This document shows, one piece after another, positions 39,319 to 51,385 of a stretch of 64,000 nucleotides of DNA. Both the position numbers and the translations under genes were made by a program. This DNA is from Lepidodermella squamata (Eukaryota; Animalia; Gastrotricha). The stretch covers positions 62,001 through 126,000 of the forward strand of contig JBLDXI010000004.1 in assembly GCA_047495785.1 (NCBI GenBank). Direction: 5' to 3'. A model generated the notes under the pieces. It was not told where the DNA came from, did no database searches, and saw only the letters and a program-made list of their open reading frames with translations. Each line of letters opens with the position of its first letter. Position 1 is the stretch's first letter.

Positions 39319-42108
39319 CCAAGATGAAAATTCACCGCGAAAATCTCGGCCTAGAATTTGGCTCATCTTTCTGATACCCCCAAATAGGCGAAACACTTCG
39401 ACCAAATATCGGCGAAAAACATTCTCGGCCGAAATTTCAGCTAAATCTGTTGCTGAAATCACCAAATTTCGGCCAAACTGATAGATGAAAATTTCGGAGA
39501 AACTGCTTTCGGAGTTAAAAATTAGGCCAAAACCACCTTTGCTCATATCACCTTTGCTCTTTTGTTACTCTGGTTTTTTAAGTTCTGCATATGATAGCAT
39601 ATAGCATATGTGATAGAGCCGTAGGAATAATTTCCCAGTTAGCCCTGAAAACACATTAGTTTGAAGCGGTTTTTATTCTCTAGATAATTTTCAGAACAAC
39701 ACATTTTCAGGAATAGTATTTCTAGAAATTGAAAAAATATCAAATTCAAGTTTTAAAAATCCAAATTTTTAAAATTTTAAAATTTTTCTAAATTGCAAGA
39801 AAAATTTAAGAAGATCTTTAAATTTCAAGAAAAATAATAGAAAACTTCTGAAAAATGTGTTCTCTGTAGGAAAAATTCAAATAATTACATGAAGAGCTCA
39901 ATTTTTAATTTTGTTAATTTCAATTTTTTCAAATTGAGATCGAAATCCCGCATCCACGAAACTGCTGCTGTTTTGATAAACGCGCTCTTCATTGCAAATA
40001 GCAAATTGCGAATATCGAATTTAACCTGCTGAAAACCAGCTTAGAATGAATGACGGAAATAATTTTTTTTTTTATTATTTATTTTTTTTTATTATATTTG
40101 ACTTGCAATTATCGCACTTGCGATTGTAGCAAACAGTAAAACAGAAAAAGAAAGATAATTTTTCACGTATTACGGCGCCTCACTGACGACACAAGATGTT
40201 TATCAATATCAATATTCATAAGAAATTTTTTAAATGAATTGAGGCTAGAATTAACATTTTCGATGTTGAAAGTATTCCAAACATTAACAATTCGTCTGTC
40301 AAGAGAATATTTTCTGCAGTTCAAACGGCATTCAGATTGACGAATGCGATGAAGAGGAGCATATTTGTTGCTAGAAGGCGTAAATAAATCTGTAAATTTA
40401 GCGTCAACAAGATTATGATAGAATTTGTAAGTGAAAACAATATCTTTAGTGAATCGGCGCTGTTCCAGAGACAACAAATCAAATTTTTTAAGTAGAAAAT
40501 TATAATCAGATGACTCGTAATTCGACAGTTTCATTAAAAATTTTCGCTGAATTGATTCCAGATCATCAATAATCCCGAGATGGAAAGGATTATAAACCGA
40601 GGACGCATAGTCGAGTAGTGGTAAAACATAGGTTTTATAGGCTTTCAAACGAAGATTTCTGCTTTTTAAAGATTTGAGAATACAACCAATCAAATTATTG
40701 CACCTTTTCTTTAGTAAACAACAATGAGTCTCGAAAGATAGCTCGCTATCCACTTGAACACCTAGGTCTCGTACACAGTCGACAGTTTCAAGTTTGATAC
40801 CATCGATATGGTAATCGTATGAAAAGCGACGATGCCCTAGTCGAAGAACATAACATTTTCTAGGTTTATCAGCAAGCCGTTTTCTGTGAACCAAGAGCAT
40901 AGTTTGGATAAATCATTCTGCAATTTGTCGCAGTCGGAAGAATTATTCACAATTTTATATAGCTTTTATATAGCGACGCATTTTATCAGTTTTCATTTCA
41001 TGTCTGTCTGAAACGCAAGTTATTTCTTTTCTTTGACCCGGAATTAATTTATAACTTTAAATCATTTGTCCGCACTTTATATTTTTGTGATAGCACCGGT
41101 GCCTGGCAAACAGCCGTAAATGTGGTCTAGCCAACTCTCCTTCTAACGCCAATCGACTGCGGTAGCAGCAACGCATTGAACGTAGTTGTTTTTTACTATT
41201 TTCGAAAAAATCTTGAAACCTGATTTTATTTAAATTGCTTCTCAAGCCTTGAAAAAATAATTCAACCCTAATTAAATTTTCTTACTATTTTTATAGCTCG
41301 AAATGCGCCATGATGACGCGCACTAAATCAAGGCAAGTTATTCCCAAGAAATTGCGGTTCAGGAAAAATTGAAATTAAATTATTAAATTTCAATTTTACG
41401 GAATTTTAAAAAATTATTAATCTAATTTTTTTTGAATTTATAGGTCGATGGTTCGACGGCAATGCCGTACCAATGCCGCCAATGCCAATGCTAACGGCTA
41501 TCATGGCTATTCAAGTCTGAGCGGCATCAGGAAGGCTTTGAAAATGCATGCATCTCGAACATTTAGAACTTGAATTCGAAATTTCACTTTGCTATGATTA
41601 AGATTATCTGAAGTTTAACTTGGATATTAATTACTAGAATAAAAACGCAAATAACTTTGTTCTGACTTGAGCAACTTGAGGAACCAAGTGACATGAAGCC
41701 GAGCAGTTGCATTACAGGGTTGTAGTCTACTTGAATGAAGAGCAAAGGTGATATGAGCAAAGGTGGTTTTGGCCAAATTTATAACTCCGAAAGCAGTTTC
41801 GCCGAAATTTTCATCTATCAGTTTGGCCGAAATTTGGTGATTTCAGCAAACGATTTAGCTGAAATTTTGACCGCGAGAGTTTTTCGCTGAAATTTGGTCG
41901 AAGTGTTTCGCCTATTTGGGGGTATCAGAAAGATGAGCCAAATTTTAGGCCGAGATTATCGCGGTAAATTTTCATCTGATTTTCATCTTTTCATTCGCTG
42001 AAAAATGGCGCCAAAATTCCACATGATTATTGTTGAATCCCTTCAACAAGAAATTTGGCCGAGGATTTGGCCAAAATGACCATTTGGGCAGACGGATTTT
42101 TATCTGGG
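39319..42108 (-). mobile_element. Rearranged inverted copy of the CCCAG-ended element, containing a LINE insertion and an internally inverted segment
   Basis: One end, CCAAGATGAAAATTCACCGCG, at 39319 and the other, GGATTTTTATCTGGG, at 42108. 39560-40040 is the inverse of ~42830-43290, and 40975-41978 is a direct copy of ~43400-44440. Confidence 0.75.
40060..40965 (-). mobile_element. 5'-truncated CR1/L2-like LINE with A-rich tail
   Basis: KCYVLRLG, VRDLGV..DSELSF..H, AYKTYVLPLLDYAS, LESIQRKF, LEQRR, VNVWN. The T-rich run at 40060-40095 is the tail on the minus strand. Confidence 0.92.
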
Positions 42109-42286
42109 TATCGCTTGGCCTCCGATAGATAGCAGTTAACGCCAGTCGTTTGCCTGAAGGCATCAAAATTATACACTGCTGGTTATCAATCGATTTTGAG
42201 GGAATCGATCGATCTGTTAAGACCTTGTAAGATTTGTAGATCAACAGGCCGACGCCACCTCCTCTAGACCGATTCCGACCTTTCCA
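42109..42286 (-). mobile_element. LINE apurinic-endonuclease (APE) fragment, the target of repeated insertions; it continues at 44444-44468 and 46572-46606
   Basis: Removing the inserted elements gives DEFQPNISLKDPFLGYECFWKGRNRSRGGGVGLLIYKSY...LTAIYRRPSD, with APE motifs GY..R..GGGV and YRxP. Confidence 0.75.
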
Positions 42287-44443
42287 CCCAGATAAAAATC
42301 CGTCTGCCCAAATGCATGTTTTGGCCAAATCCTCGGCCAAATTTCTTGTTGAAGGGATTCAACCATAATCATGTGGAATTTTGGTGCTATTTTTCACAGA
42401 ACTCATTTTCGGGAAATTCAGCCATCGTTTTAGCAGCAATTTTAGACGAATATCGAGTTTGCACTTGTTGGGTAAAATATTGCGAGAAATATTTGGCTGA
42501 AGCAGCTTCGCGATGAATATGATGAGTAATTTGAGCGAAATAAGTTTGTTTCAAAATAATTTACCATTCACTCAAAGAAGTGCCGATTCATTATAAACTG
42601 AAGGTTTCGGCCAAAATGACTTGAACGGTCAGCTAAAAATTACGCAGCTCGCAGCTTCTGTACAGAATACAGCCTGGCCAGTGGCCAGAATCAATTCAGA
42701 AAATCGTAATAATCCGGCTATATGATTTCCGTTGTTAATAGCCTGCATCGGTCATCTCCAAGCTCCACAACCTTTCTTTCCGACTACACCAGAATTATTT
42801 TGAATTATTATTTCCGTATCACTCTGGTTTTCAGCAGGTTCAATTCGATATTCGCAATTTGCTATTTGCAATGAAGAGCGCGTTTATCAAAACAGCAGCA
42901 GTTTCGTGGATGCGGGATTTCGATCTCAATTTGAAAAAATTGAAATTAACAAAATTAAAAATTGAGCTCTTCATGTAATTATTTGAATTTTTCCTACAGA
43001 GAACACATTTTTCGGAAGTTTTCTATTATTTTTCTTGAAATTTAAAGATCTTCTTAAATTTTTCTTGCAATTTAGAAAAATTTTAAAATTTTAAAAATTT
43101 GGATTTTTAAAACTTGAATTTGATATTTTTTCAATTTCTAGAAATACTATTCCTGAAAATGTGTTGTTCTGAAAATTATCTAGAGAATAAAAACCGCTTC
43201 AAACTAATGTGTTTTCAGGGCTAACTGGGAAATTATTCCTACGGCTCTATCACATATGCTATCATATGCAGAACTCAAAAAACCAGAGTAACAAAATAAA
43301 ATGAAATGAACGTGAAAAAGTCGAAATGAGACGCGACCACGTTCTGCGCCATTGTTGTGCAACACACAGCTGTGTTACGCCACAGCTGAAGTCAGCGCGA
43401 CGCATTTTATCAGTTTTCATTTCATCTTTTTTCTGTCTGAAACGCAAGTTATTTCTTTTCCTTGGCCCGGAATTCATTTATAACTTTAAATCATTTGTCT
43501 GCACTTGATATTTTTGTAGTAGCACCGGTGCTAGGCAAACAGCCGCCAATGTGGTCTGGCCAGTTCTCCTTCTAACGCCAATCGACTGCGGTAGCAGCGA
43601 CGCATTTTACGTAATTTTTTTGTACCATTTTAGAAAAAAATCTTTAAATCTGATTTTATTTAAATTGCTTCTCAAGCCTTGAAAAAATAATTCAACCCTA
43701 ATTAAATTTTCTTACTATTTTTATAGCTCGAAATGCGCCATGATGACTGCGACTTCATCGCCCGGTTGGTCACTAAATTCAAACTCTAAATCAAGGCAAG
43801 TTATTCCCAAGAAATTGCGGTTCAGGAAAAATTGAAATTAAATTATTAAATTTCAATTTTACGGAATTTTAATAAATTATAAATCTATTTTTTTTTAATT
43901 TATAGGTCGATGGTTCGATGGCAATGCCGTACCAATGCCGCCAATGCCAATGCTAACGGCTATCATGGCTATTCAAGTCTGAGCGGCATCAGGAAGGCTT
44001 TGAAAATGCATGCATCTCGAACATTTAGAACTTGAATTCGAAATTTCACTTTGCTATGATTAAGATTATCTGAAGTTTAACTTGGATATTAATTACTAGA
44101 ATAAAAACGCAAATAACTTTGTTCTGACTTGAGCAACTTGAGGAACCAAGTGACATGAAGCCGAGCAGTTGCATTACAGGGTTGTAGTCTACTTGAATGA
44201 AGAGCAAAGGTGATATGAGCAAAGGTGGTTTTGGCCAAATTTATAACTCCGAAAGCAGTTTCGCCGAAATTTTCATCTATCAGTTTGGCCGAAATTTGGT
44301 GATTTCAGCAAAAGATTTAGCTGAAATTTTGGCCGAGAATGTTTTTCGCTGATTCTTAGGTCGAAGTGTTTCGCCTATTTGGGGGTATCAGAAAGATGAG
44401 CCAAATTTTAGGCCGAGATTATCGCGGTAAATTTTCATCTGGG
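42287..44443 (+). mobile_element. 2.1-kb non-autonomous CMC/EnSpm-like element, copy A
   Basis: TIR CCCAGATAAAAAT ... ATTTTCATCTGGG; 2-bp TSD, CA. Confidence 0.88.
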
Positions 44444-44468
44444 CAGAAGCACTCGTACCCAAGAAAAG

Positions 44469-46571
44469 CCCAGATAAAAATCCGTCTGCCCAAATGCACG
44501 TTTTGGCCAAATCCTCGGCCAAATTTCTTGTTGAAGGGATTCAACAATAATCATGTGGAATTTTGGCGCCATTTTTCAGCGACCTCATTTCAGGAAATTC
44601 AGCCATCGTTTTTAGCAGCAATTTTAGACGAAAGTCGAGTTTGCACCTGTTGGCTAAAAAATTGCGAGAAATATTTGGCTGAAGCAGCTTCGCGATGAAT
44701 ATGCTGAGTTATTTGGGCGAAATAAGTTTGTTCCAAAATAATTTACCATTCACTCAAAAAATTGCCGATCGCAATACACTGAAGGTTTCGGCCAGAAAGG
44801 CTAGAGTGGTCAACTTAAAATTACGCAGCTTTTAAACAGAATACAGCCTGGCCAGATATCGATTCAGAGAATCTATCGTAATAGTCCGGCTATGATTTCC
44901 GTTGTTAATAGCCTTCATCAGCCATCTCCAAGCTCCGGAACCTTTCTTTGTGACTATACCGCAATTATTTTTAATTATTATTTATTTCCGTATCGTCTAA
45001 GCTGGTTTTCAGATTCGATATTCTACGCTATTTACAACGGAGAGCGCATTTATCAAAACAGCAGCTTCGTGGATGGATGGATGCGAGATTTCGATCTCGT
45101 TTTGAAAATTGGTTAACAAAAATTAAAATCAAAATTAAAATTAAAATTAAAATTAGAAATTGAGCTGTTTATGTAAGTTATTTGAACTTTCTGACATTTT
45201 CCCTACAGTGTAATAATTTTACGAGAATTTTCTTAAATTGTAGAAATTTGAAATTTGAAATTTTTAAAATTTTAAATTTCTAGAAATCTAATTTATGAAA
45301 ATGTGTTGTTCTGAAAGTTATGTAGAAAAACCGCCTCGAACTAATGTGTTTCCAGGGCTAATTGAGAAATTATTGCAACGGCTCTATCACATGCTATCAC
45401 ATGCAGATTTAAAAAATCCGGAGTAACGAAATAAAATAAAATGAGCATGAAAAAGTCGAAATGAGACGCGACCACGTTCTGCGTCATTGTTGTGCAACAC
45501 ACAGCTGTGTTACGCCACAGCTGAAGTCAGCGCGACGCATTTTATCAGTTTAGTTTTCATTTCATCTTTTTTCAGTTTCAAAAGCAAGTTAATTCTTTTC
45601 CTTGGCCCGGAATTAATTTATAACTTTAAATCATTTGTCTGCACTTGATATTTTTGTAGTAGCACCGGTGCTAGGCAAACAGCCGCCAATGTGGTCTGGC
45701 CAGTTCTCCTTCTAACGCCAATCGACTGCGGTAGCAGCAACGCATTGAACGTAGTTGTTTTTTACTATTTTCGAAAAAATCTTGAAACCTGATTATATTT
45801 AAATTGCTTCTCAAGCCTTGAAAAAATAATTCAACCCTAATTAAATTTTCTTACTATTTTTATAGCTCGAAATGCGCCATGATGACTGCGACTTCATCGC
45901 CCGGTTGGTCACTAAATCAAGGCAAGTTATTCCCAAGAAATTGCGGTTCAGGAAAAATTGAAATTAAATTATTAAATTTCAATTTTACGGAATTTTAAAA
46001 AATTATTAATCTAATTTTTTTTGAATTTATAGGTCGATGGTTCGACGGCAATGCCGTACCAATGCCGCCAATGCCAATGCTAACGGCTATCATGGCTATT
46101 CAAGTCTGAGCGGCATCAGGAAGGCTTTGAAAATGCATGCATCTCGAACATTTAGAACTTGGAACTTGAATTCGAAATTTCACTTTGCTATGATTAAGAT
46201 TATCTGAAGTTTAACTTGGATATTAATTACTAGAATAAAAACGCAAATAACTTTGTTCTGACTTGAGTAACTTGAGGAACCAAGTGACATGAAGCCGAGC
46301 AGTTGCATTACAGGGTTGTACTTGAATGAAGAGCAAAGGTGATATGAGCAAAGGTGGTTTTGGCCTAATTTTCAACTCCGAAAGCAGTTTCGCCGACATT
46401 TTCATCTGTCAGTTTGGCCGAAATTTGGTGATTTCAGCAAAAGATTTAGCTGAAATTTTGGCCGCGAGAGTTTTTGGCTGAAATTTGGTCGAAGTCTTTC
46501 GCCTATTTGGGGGTATCAGAAAGATGAGCCAAATTTTAGACCGAGATTATCGCGGTAAATTTTCATCTGGG
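44469..46571 (+). mobile_element. 2.1-kb non-autonomous CMC/EnSpm-like element, copy B
   Basis: Same TIRs; 2-bp TSD, AG; collinear with copy A. Confidence 0.88.
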
Positions 46572-47585
46572 AGGATCTTTGAGACTGATATTTGGTTGAA
46601 ACTCGTCTTCGACATGTTTCTTCGACATACTTTCGACATACTTCGACATATGTCGAAAATAATGTCCATAACAGGGCAACATGCAGAAATTGATGTTCAT
46701 ATCTAGCATATAATTTTACAATATAAATTTAATATGTAGGGTGGCGCCATAGAGAACGAAATCGGGTGGCGCATTGGTTCGAGCTATTCTCGAAGATCCT
46801 AATTCTGAATTCAAGCTAGGGCCCTAACTCAGGATGTTAATTCGGCTAAAGCTAAGGCCACAGCTGACCAGGGCGTTGAATTTGTTCAAGTCGAGGACTT
46901 GAACAAATTCAACGCCCTGGTCATGCTAGTCCGGATTTGCATTGTTCAATTGCATTGACCGTGAGGAGGAGCCATACCCGCGCGTTGCGTGTGAGCGCGC
47001 GGCCAAACTTCGGCCGCGAACAATAGGAACTTCGGTCGTCACGCTGCGCGCGCGCGTAGAAAATGCCACTGATAAGGCCTCCGAAGTTCTGCTATTTCTC
47101 TCCGAAGTTTCTACTTCGCTCTCCGAAGCGGTCGGTCTCCGAAGTAGTTTGTGAACGCACTATTACCTGTCGTTAAATCGATGAGAGCGCTCTGATGTTG
47201 CGGCCAAAAGGTATTTTGTGCTGTCATAGATGAAATTCGCTTTTTTAAATATTTAGCACGCAAATCGGTTGAAGCAAATCGGTTCACTTTTCCCATCGTT
47301 AGGTTACGGCAAAAATAATTATTTGTTACCCAAAATTTACAAATAATTCCAATATTTCTGATTTTTTCAAAAAATGAAAATAGTCATTCCAAACAGCGCA
47401 TTTTACCGCAATATCTGCTTGTTAAAAAAATTGCAGAATTTTGTATAACATTAAAAGGAATTTTTCGTTTTAATATTTTTTATAAAATTAAATTTTTTAT
47501 TAACATTTTTAATATTAATTTAATTAATTTAATATTTAAAAATATTTAAGAATGCTTCTTGTATTTTACCTCTCCGTCCCACTAG

Positions 47586-49193
47586 ATTGGTAACGTTAGG
47601 ATTGCGGTTCGGCATAAATGCCAGCAAAATACTTGCAATGAAGGACCACATTGGTTTTCGATAAGTCTCGAAAGAAAGATTTTACGAAATAAGGAGAGAA
47701 ATGGGTATTTTTCATCCGATAAACAGCATCGATGACGGCCTGGGGGCTTATCGCTCCATTTCTTCAATCGCAAACGTATGGGCACATAGAGGTGAGCTGT
47801 CACCCACTGCTCCCAATGATATTCGATTTCAGGTTTTCAATTTTTTAATTTCATGCGAATGACCGATTAACCAAGAAATTCAGGTTGATGGGCTGGCTGG
47901 ACGCACCTCTTCATCTAATCCGATAGTTACATCTTACGTTTGTGTTGCTAGCCGGAAACGCAAGGTTGGCATGGATGACGAGCATCAGTTTGCTGTCTAT
48001 AACGAAGCTGAGTCCAGCGAAAATTTTCGGAAATATTTGCAATCGCCTGTTGATGAACTAGTAAAGCTAGTTGAGCAGGGTATATCAGTCGATGGAACAA
48101 ACTATTCATTTAGGCTCCTGACTTGCTGTGATTACCCCGCTCTTGTGAAATTGTTCGGCTGCGGGCATCAAGGAGCTCATCATCGATGTGTTATTTGCGA
48201 AATCGACATACGTAATCCCAACTCACCGGCCAAACGTCGTCGGTTTGATGAGTATTCACCCGACCTAGCCGGTAAGTTGGGCTGGTCAAAGGACTATGGG
48301 CCAATGATTCGACTTGGACCTGCTAAACTCGTCATCCTACCCGATTTTTTTCATATGCAAGTTAATCTTGCCAAGCCCTTGCTTACTCAGGTAATGATTG
48401 GACTAAAATTGAAATTTTTGAAAACAATTCTGGAAATTTTTCAGATCATTTCAAAGTTGAAACTTTTCGGCCAAAAAGAAGCTGTCAAACAATTGACTGA
48501 ATTATTGAAAAATGACTTGAAACCGAGGCCGGCTCTTTCGCCTAAAATGAAAAAAAATCTCAAAAAATCGAAGCTCACTATCGACGTGACTCGTAATTCG
48601 AAGGGCAAAGTCAAAGTTAACATAAAAAATTCGAATCATTACGGCATCGTCGCGGTAATTTTTGTGATTTGTTTTTAATTTTTGAATGAATTTCAAATTT
48701 TTAATTCTAGGCTTTTAAACGATTGACGCAACGTCTGGCTCAGCACAGTCTTGCCGATGCGTTATTTTTGCCGCAAAACTGGCGACGACAAAAGCCATTT
48801 TCAAGTGTTATATCCCCAGTAATTGCTAAAATCCGGGAAAATCAATTTTTAACCGCATTGGCAGGTCTTCGGAAACTCTGCTTCGCAACATGTGCAGCGT
48901 TCGACGACATTAAAGAAAATCGACCGACGGGTAAAGGAAGATTTTTCATGCCGAGATTTATATCACTCTGGCGAAAAAACGTTGGTCCAGTCACTTCATA
49001 CGCCCATTTACTGTCGAGTCATGTTTACGAGCTGCTTGAAAAAGGCATTAATCTGGCTGCTTTGTCAGCTGAGACAATTGAAATCTTGATTAAGGAGCTA
49101 CGGTCTACTGTCAGCACTCAGACTACAAACTGGCGGCCTTTGTGTCCTCAACTTTTAACTATCCAAAACATGAGAGATAACTCGAAAATATGA
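47586..49193 (+). pseudogene. RAG1/Transib-like DDE transposase, copy 1 (exon 1 mostly deleted, in-frame TAA near 47662)
   Basis: VDGLAG, CCDYPAL, RCVIC, PDFFHM, VTSYAHLLSSHV, SAETIE; same intron positions as copy 2. Confidence 0.75.
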
Positions 49194-49456
49194 TTTGCTC
49201 TTAATTATTTGAATTAGGATTACTTTTATTTTCTATTATTTTTTCGAAAAAATGTTTGAGTGAAATAAAACACGGATTGAAACGATGTCTCTAATGTGTC
49301 TCATGTTAAGCTGTCGCTGAAATTATTCGAAAAAATATGATTGTTTTATTCAATATTCTCAGTCAATTCGTCGCTTTTTATTTTCCAGCTCATTTTCCAA
49401 AAATCACATAATTTTTCGCTACAATCTCACAGTTAACGTCAAGACTTTTCAGAAAA

Positions 49457-50390
49457 TCACTTCTTCTTGTACACGTACTCGCCCTCAAATCTGTCGAAAT
49501 GCAATTCGAACTTATCCTCCGCGGACCAAGTAAAGGAGAAAAGGCCAGCACGACACAGCTGATCGATCCTGACAATTTGACGACAAATGGCGTTCAAACT
49601 TCGGCCCAACTCAAAGTCCAAATGTTCATCTTTTTGGCAGTTACGAATCCAAAACTTCAACAAACCAAGCGGAGCAGTTTCTACTTTCCGCCGTTTAGCG
49701 AAAAATGCGAAAACATGGCGAAGACGATTGCGGTCGTCATAGGTCCACTCCATGCGAGAATTTGTGAAATAGACTAAATTTGAAGAAAATAGAATAAGAA
49801 TTTGAAAAATAGCTACAAGTCTCACTTTTATCATATTTTCTTGACGCGGCTCTGATAAAATTCCAAGTTCCAAAGGCAGCGCCAGATAAAGTTGAATTTA
49901 AAGTAGAGTTGGTTAATTCAAACATTTCTTGTTCTTCTTGTTGCTGCTGTTGCTGTGGCTGTTGCTGCGGCTGTTGCTGCGGTTGTTCCTGCGGCTGTTG
50001 CTGCGGCTGTTCCATCGGCTGTTCCATTGGCTGTTGCTGCGGCTGTTGCTGCGACTGTTGCTGCGGCTGTTGCTGCGGCTGTTCCAGCGGCTGTTCCAGC
50101 GGCTGTTCCAGCGGCTGTTGCTGTTGCTGCTGGTGTACTGCAGGAGGTAGATGAAATTGGTCGTTATTGTTGTGAGCAACCGCGCCAGATTTCTTTTGCT
50201 GCTTGCCACGCGCGTTCTCACCAAAGAATGACCTAATGTCCGCATGTCGTTTGGAGCGGTTAGCTTGCTGTTTTTCCAGAGCGGCTTGGCGATTTCGATC
50301 CTTTTCGAGGGCTTTTAATTGTTTTTTTCTCTGATTTTTCGACAGAGTCTTGGGCGTTGAGTGATTTAAATCGCCGTTGTCTTCTGCCAT
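49457..50390 (-). CDS. Transposon partner protein, copy 1: basic N-terminus, Q/P repeats, C-terminal Myb/SANT-like domain (exons 50390-49826 and 49773-49457)
   Basis: The GT-AG splice keeps the frame. EWTYDDRNRLRHVF...LGRSLNAICRQI is conserved with copy 2. Confidence 0.75.
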
Positions 50391-51385
50391 CGAAATGCGC
50401 TCACAAAATGACAGACGAAGAAATGACCGAATAACGCAGAGGCCGACAGCGCGACCTCACCACCACACCACCACCACCATCTAAACATGCCAGTACTGCA
50501 CACATGATAGCTAGCAATAAATAACTGAGGATGATTCATCTAGGTCACCCTGCAAACCCGGACTAGTATGGAAGAGGCTTTGCCTGAGTCTCGGCTATCG
50601 CTTGGCACGGTCCTGAAAGAGAAGTTCAATAAATTCAAGCCATGGCTGACGCGGCAAGGTAAATTTGGATAATTTTCAAAAACATTGTATTCAGCATTCA
50701 AGAATAATTTAAAAAACAAAATTATTGAATTTAAATTAAACGAACTTAAATGTTCAAAAATTTCAAAAATTTATCTACAATGAATTTAAAATGTTTATGT
50801 AAGGGGTCTAGGCTGTATTATTAATATTACTTCATTTATCCTTCAACTATATTATTTGCCGCAAGCGATTAGGCTAGTGCCACGTGGCGTCGCTGGAAGC
50901 ATGAATGGCGCAGCTTCCAGCGTATAAATATGCGTCAGTTATAATCATTCGGGGCTCGTTACTTCATTGATAGTATTACTTATAGTATTAATAAATCTGT
51001 CGTTGGTGTATTTGCATTGTAGGCCGGGTTTGCAGGGTCAAAGTCCGATTTTTTTTGCCCGGTTGTTTACTGCGTCGTTTATGTGGTGGGGTGGTGGTGC
51101 GGTGGAGAATTCGTATTTTTTGCTGATGTTCCTCATTCATCACAAACCAAATAATTTATTGAGTGAGGATTTTGGATGGTTTGTGCAATTTTCTTTGCTG
51201 ACCTCCTTGACAAGTGAAAAAGGGCCATTGTTAACAAGTACACATAGCGAGAAACAATGTATTTATCGTTTGACCCGAGTTATATCGAACAGACATGACG
51301 AAAAATCATCATAGGAAAGGATTGCAAATAATAAATAATTTTGTGAAAGCATTTGCATCAATATTGCACGATCACGATCATAAAA

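Larger units (their letters stand above)
46922..50570. mobile_element. Two-gene DNA transposon, copy 1 (RAG1/Transib-like transposase plus convergent partner), inserted in NmrA exon 2
   Basis: TIR CATGCTAGTCCGGATTTGCA (46922-46941) / TGCAAACCCGGACTAGTATG (50551-50570), 18 of 20 matching. The NmrA exon resumes immediately after 50570. Confidence 0.85.

Noticed and set aside
39105-46571. Repeat-spacer pattern resembling a CRISPR-like capture array
   Set aside because: The repeats are transposon termini with 2-bp TSDs, and the spacers are contiguous pieces of the insertion target.
49909-50245. Cys-rich, Leu-rich, Ala-rich and Ser/Asn-rich ORFs (also 54003-54570)
   Set aside because: These are alternative-frame or antisense readings of the CAG/CAA tracts of the partner genes, not metallothioneins or membrane proteins.
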